DNA of 63,910 bases, filler included, from Octopus bimaculoides (taxonomy: Eukaryota): NCBI RefSeq assembly GCF_001194135.2. It is 6 parts of 5 records of this genome, joined end to end, with 100 filler letters (N's around TTAATTAATTAA, not from the genome) between each part and the next. Parts side by side here need not be neighbours in the genome. Positions count along the whole stretch, not along the records: positions 62,510 to 63,910 come from NW_026378734.1; 5 more parts are not named here. One strand, given 5' to 3'. The notes under the pieces were generated by a model, which saw only the letters and a program-made list of their open reading frames with translations, searched no databases and was not told the origin of the DNA. Both the position numbers and the translations under genes were made by a program. Numbering within the stretch: position 1 is the first letter of the stretch; each line of letters opens with the position of its first letter. Positions 62,911-63,910 of this stretch are shown here, one piece after another.

Positions 62911-63910
62911 TCTTAAACATCTTTGAAGACATTAGAGTGTGATTTGAAATTAATTTGATTGCTATTTCTAGCAGATTGACCGACCACGTGGAGAAGGTAA
63001 CAAATGTCTCTGCAAGGACTTATTATTCATTTTGACGACACTTTGCACCAATGGCACTAACGAATTGGTCACAAAACTCATAAACATATATTCAGTTAGA
63101 CATTTCATTCTATTTCGAAATGTCGCGATATATTTTTTTTTATTCCCTAATGACACGATTCCNNNNNNNNNNTTTTATTCCCTAATGACACGATTCCTCT
63201 GGTGTTTGGTTGGCTCCCATTTCTAACGACGACTCGGTGACAGTCTCCTTCTTACAATTAATTAAATAGTATTTCAGTTAATTAACTTTCTACTATCTCC
63301 AGACAGTAATATGTATCGCGAACGCAAACGCATACTTACTACGCAGACACATATATATTACCTTCATTTGCCCTGTCTCTCCCACTTTAGATAAAGCGTA
63401 CCATTCACTTACAGTGAATACGTTGATAATACCAACAGACCAAGTTGCTTGGTCTACTCGCTTTTCTCTTCTCTCTCATTTCTGCTTTTAATTACGAAAA
63501 ATTAAAAGAAAAGAAAGGAAATGCAAAACTGTCTACAACGTTGACTTTAACAGTAAAATTCGCACGTTTCGATCGTATCGCAAACTGGTTTGACCTCTTC
63601 AAGTTAATAAAGGCGTTATTTAGATTCTTTTATTATTTTCTACAGGACCAATCTTGATGTACATGGCCTAGCTCTACTAAGGTTCTTACTTCTAACGGTC
63701 ACTTACTTGGCTATGTAATGTTATAGCTCGTAAGTTACCTCATTTCGCATTTGTCTTGCTTTTATATGTTGATTCCCTGACGATGAATATATGTGGAATT
63801 CCAGCAGCTCTTACTTCTTTGTAGGAGAGCACACATATATTATGAAACATGTGTAGGAATTAAAGGAACTTTTATTTATATGAGTTTTGCTCCATTTATT
63901 ATTAATATTC

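Overview
AT-rich, repeat-saturated eukaryotic scaffold with many N gaps. The SINE and microsatellite landscape suggests a cephalopod, probably Octopus (inference). One host gene is supported: a five-coding-exon REX1BD (C19orf60-like) gene on the minus strand (4511-16587). It splices with GT-AG junctions and matching phases into a 153-aa protein (MAPERCASAKDLLKKFYHLQEERVQSYALFEEGFQGYLKGKPNYNFPLFRQLVHEITETFQNISQDIIVLKKEMAEIHQQNLLADCIDNIQQQEKDKLEVVAQLQLLRQKVQDFPNDENHEEVKEKKVRLQQINNNICSHMEDLKYEAQDLYH). The rest is mostly mobile DNA. There are four abundant SINE-like families (labelled A-D here) and a decayed R4/Dong-type RT element next to (TAA)n. There are also Penelope-like (GIY-YIG) remnants, CR1-type fragments, LTR pieces, MITEs and microsatellites. 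Most interesting are four observations. (1) A tRNA-headed SINE carries a Penelope-type minimal hammerhead ribozyme motif and occurs as inverted pairs at two loci. (2) One SINE copy has its head replaced by the 3' half of a real tRNA-Leu, truncated at the m1G37 position. (3) An ORF1-only (HAL1-like) zinc-knuckle retroelement family lacks RT. (4) A 254-bp fold-back hairpin lies near the window start. Repeat boundaries are approximate (about +/-10-20 bp) and no searches were run.
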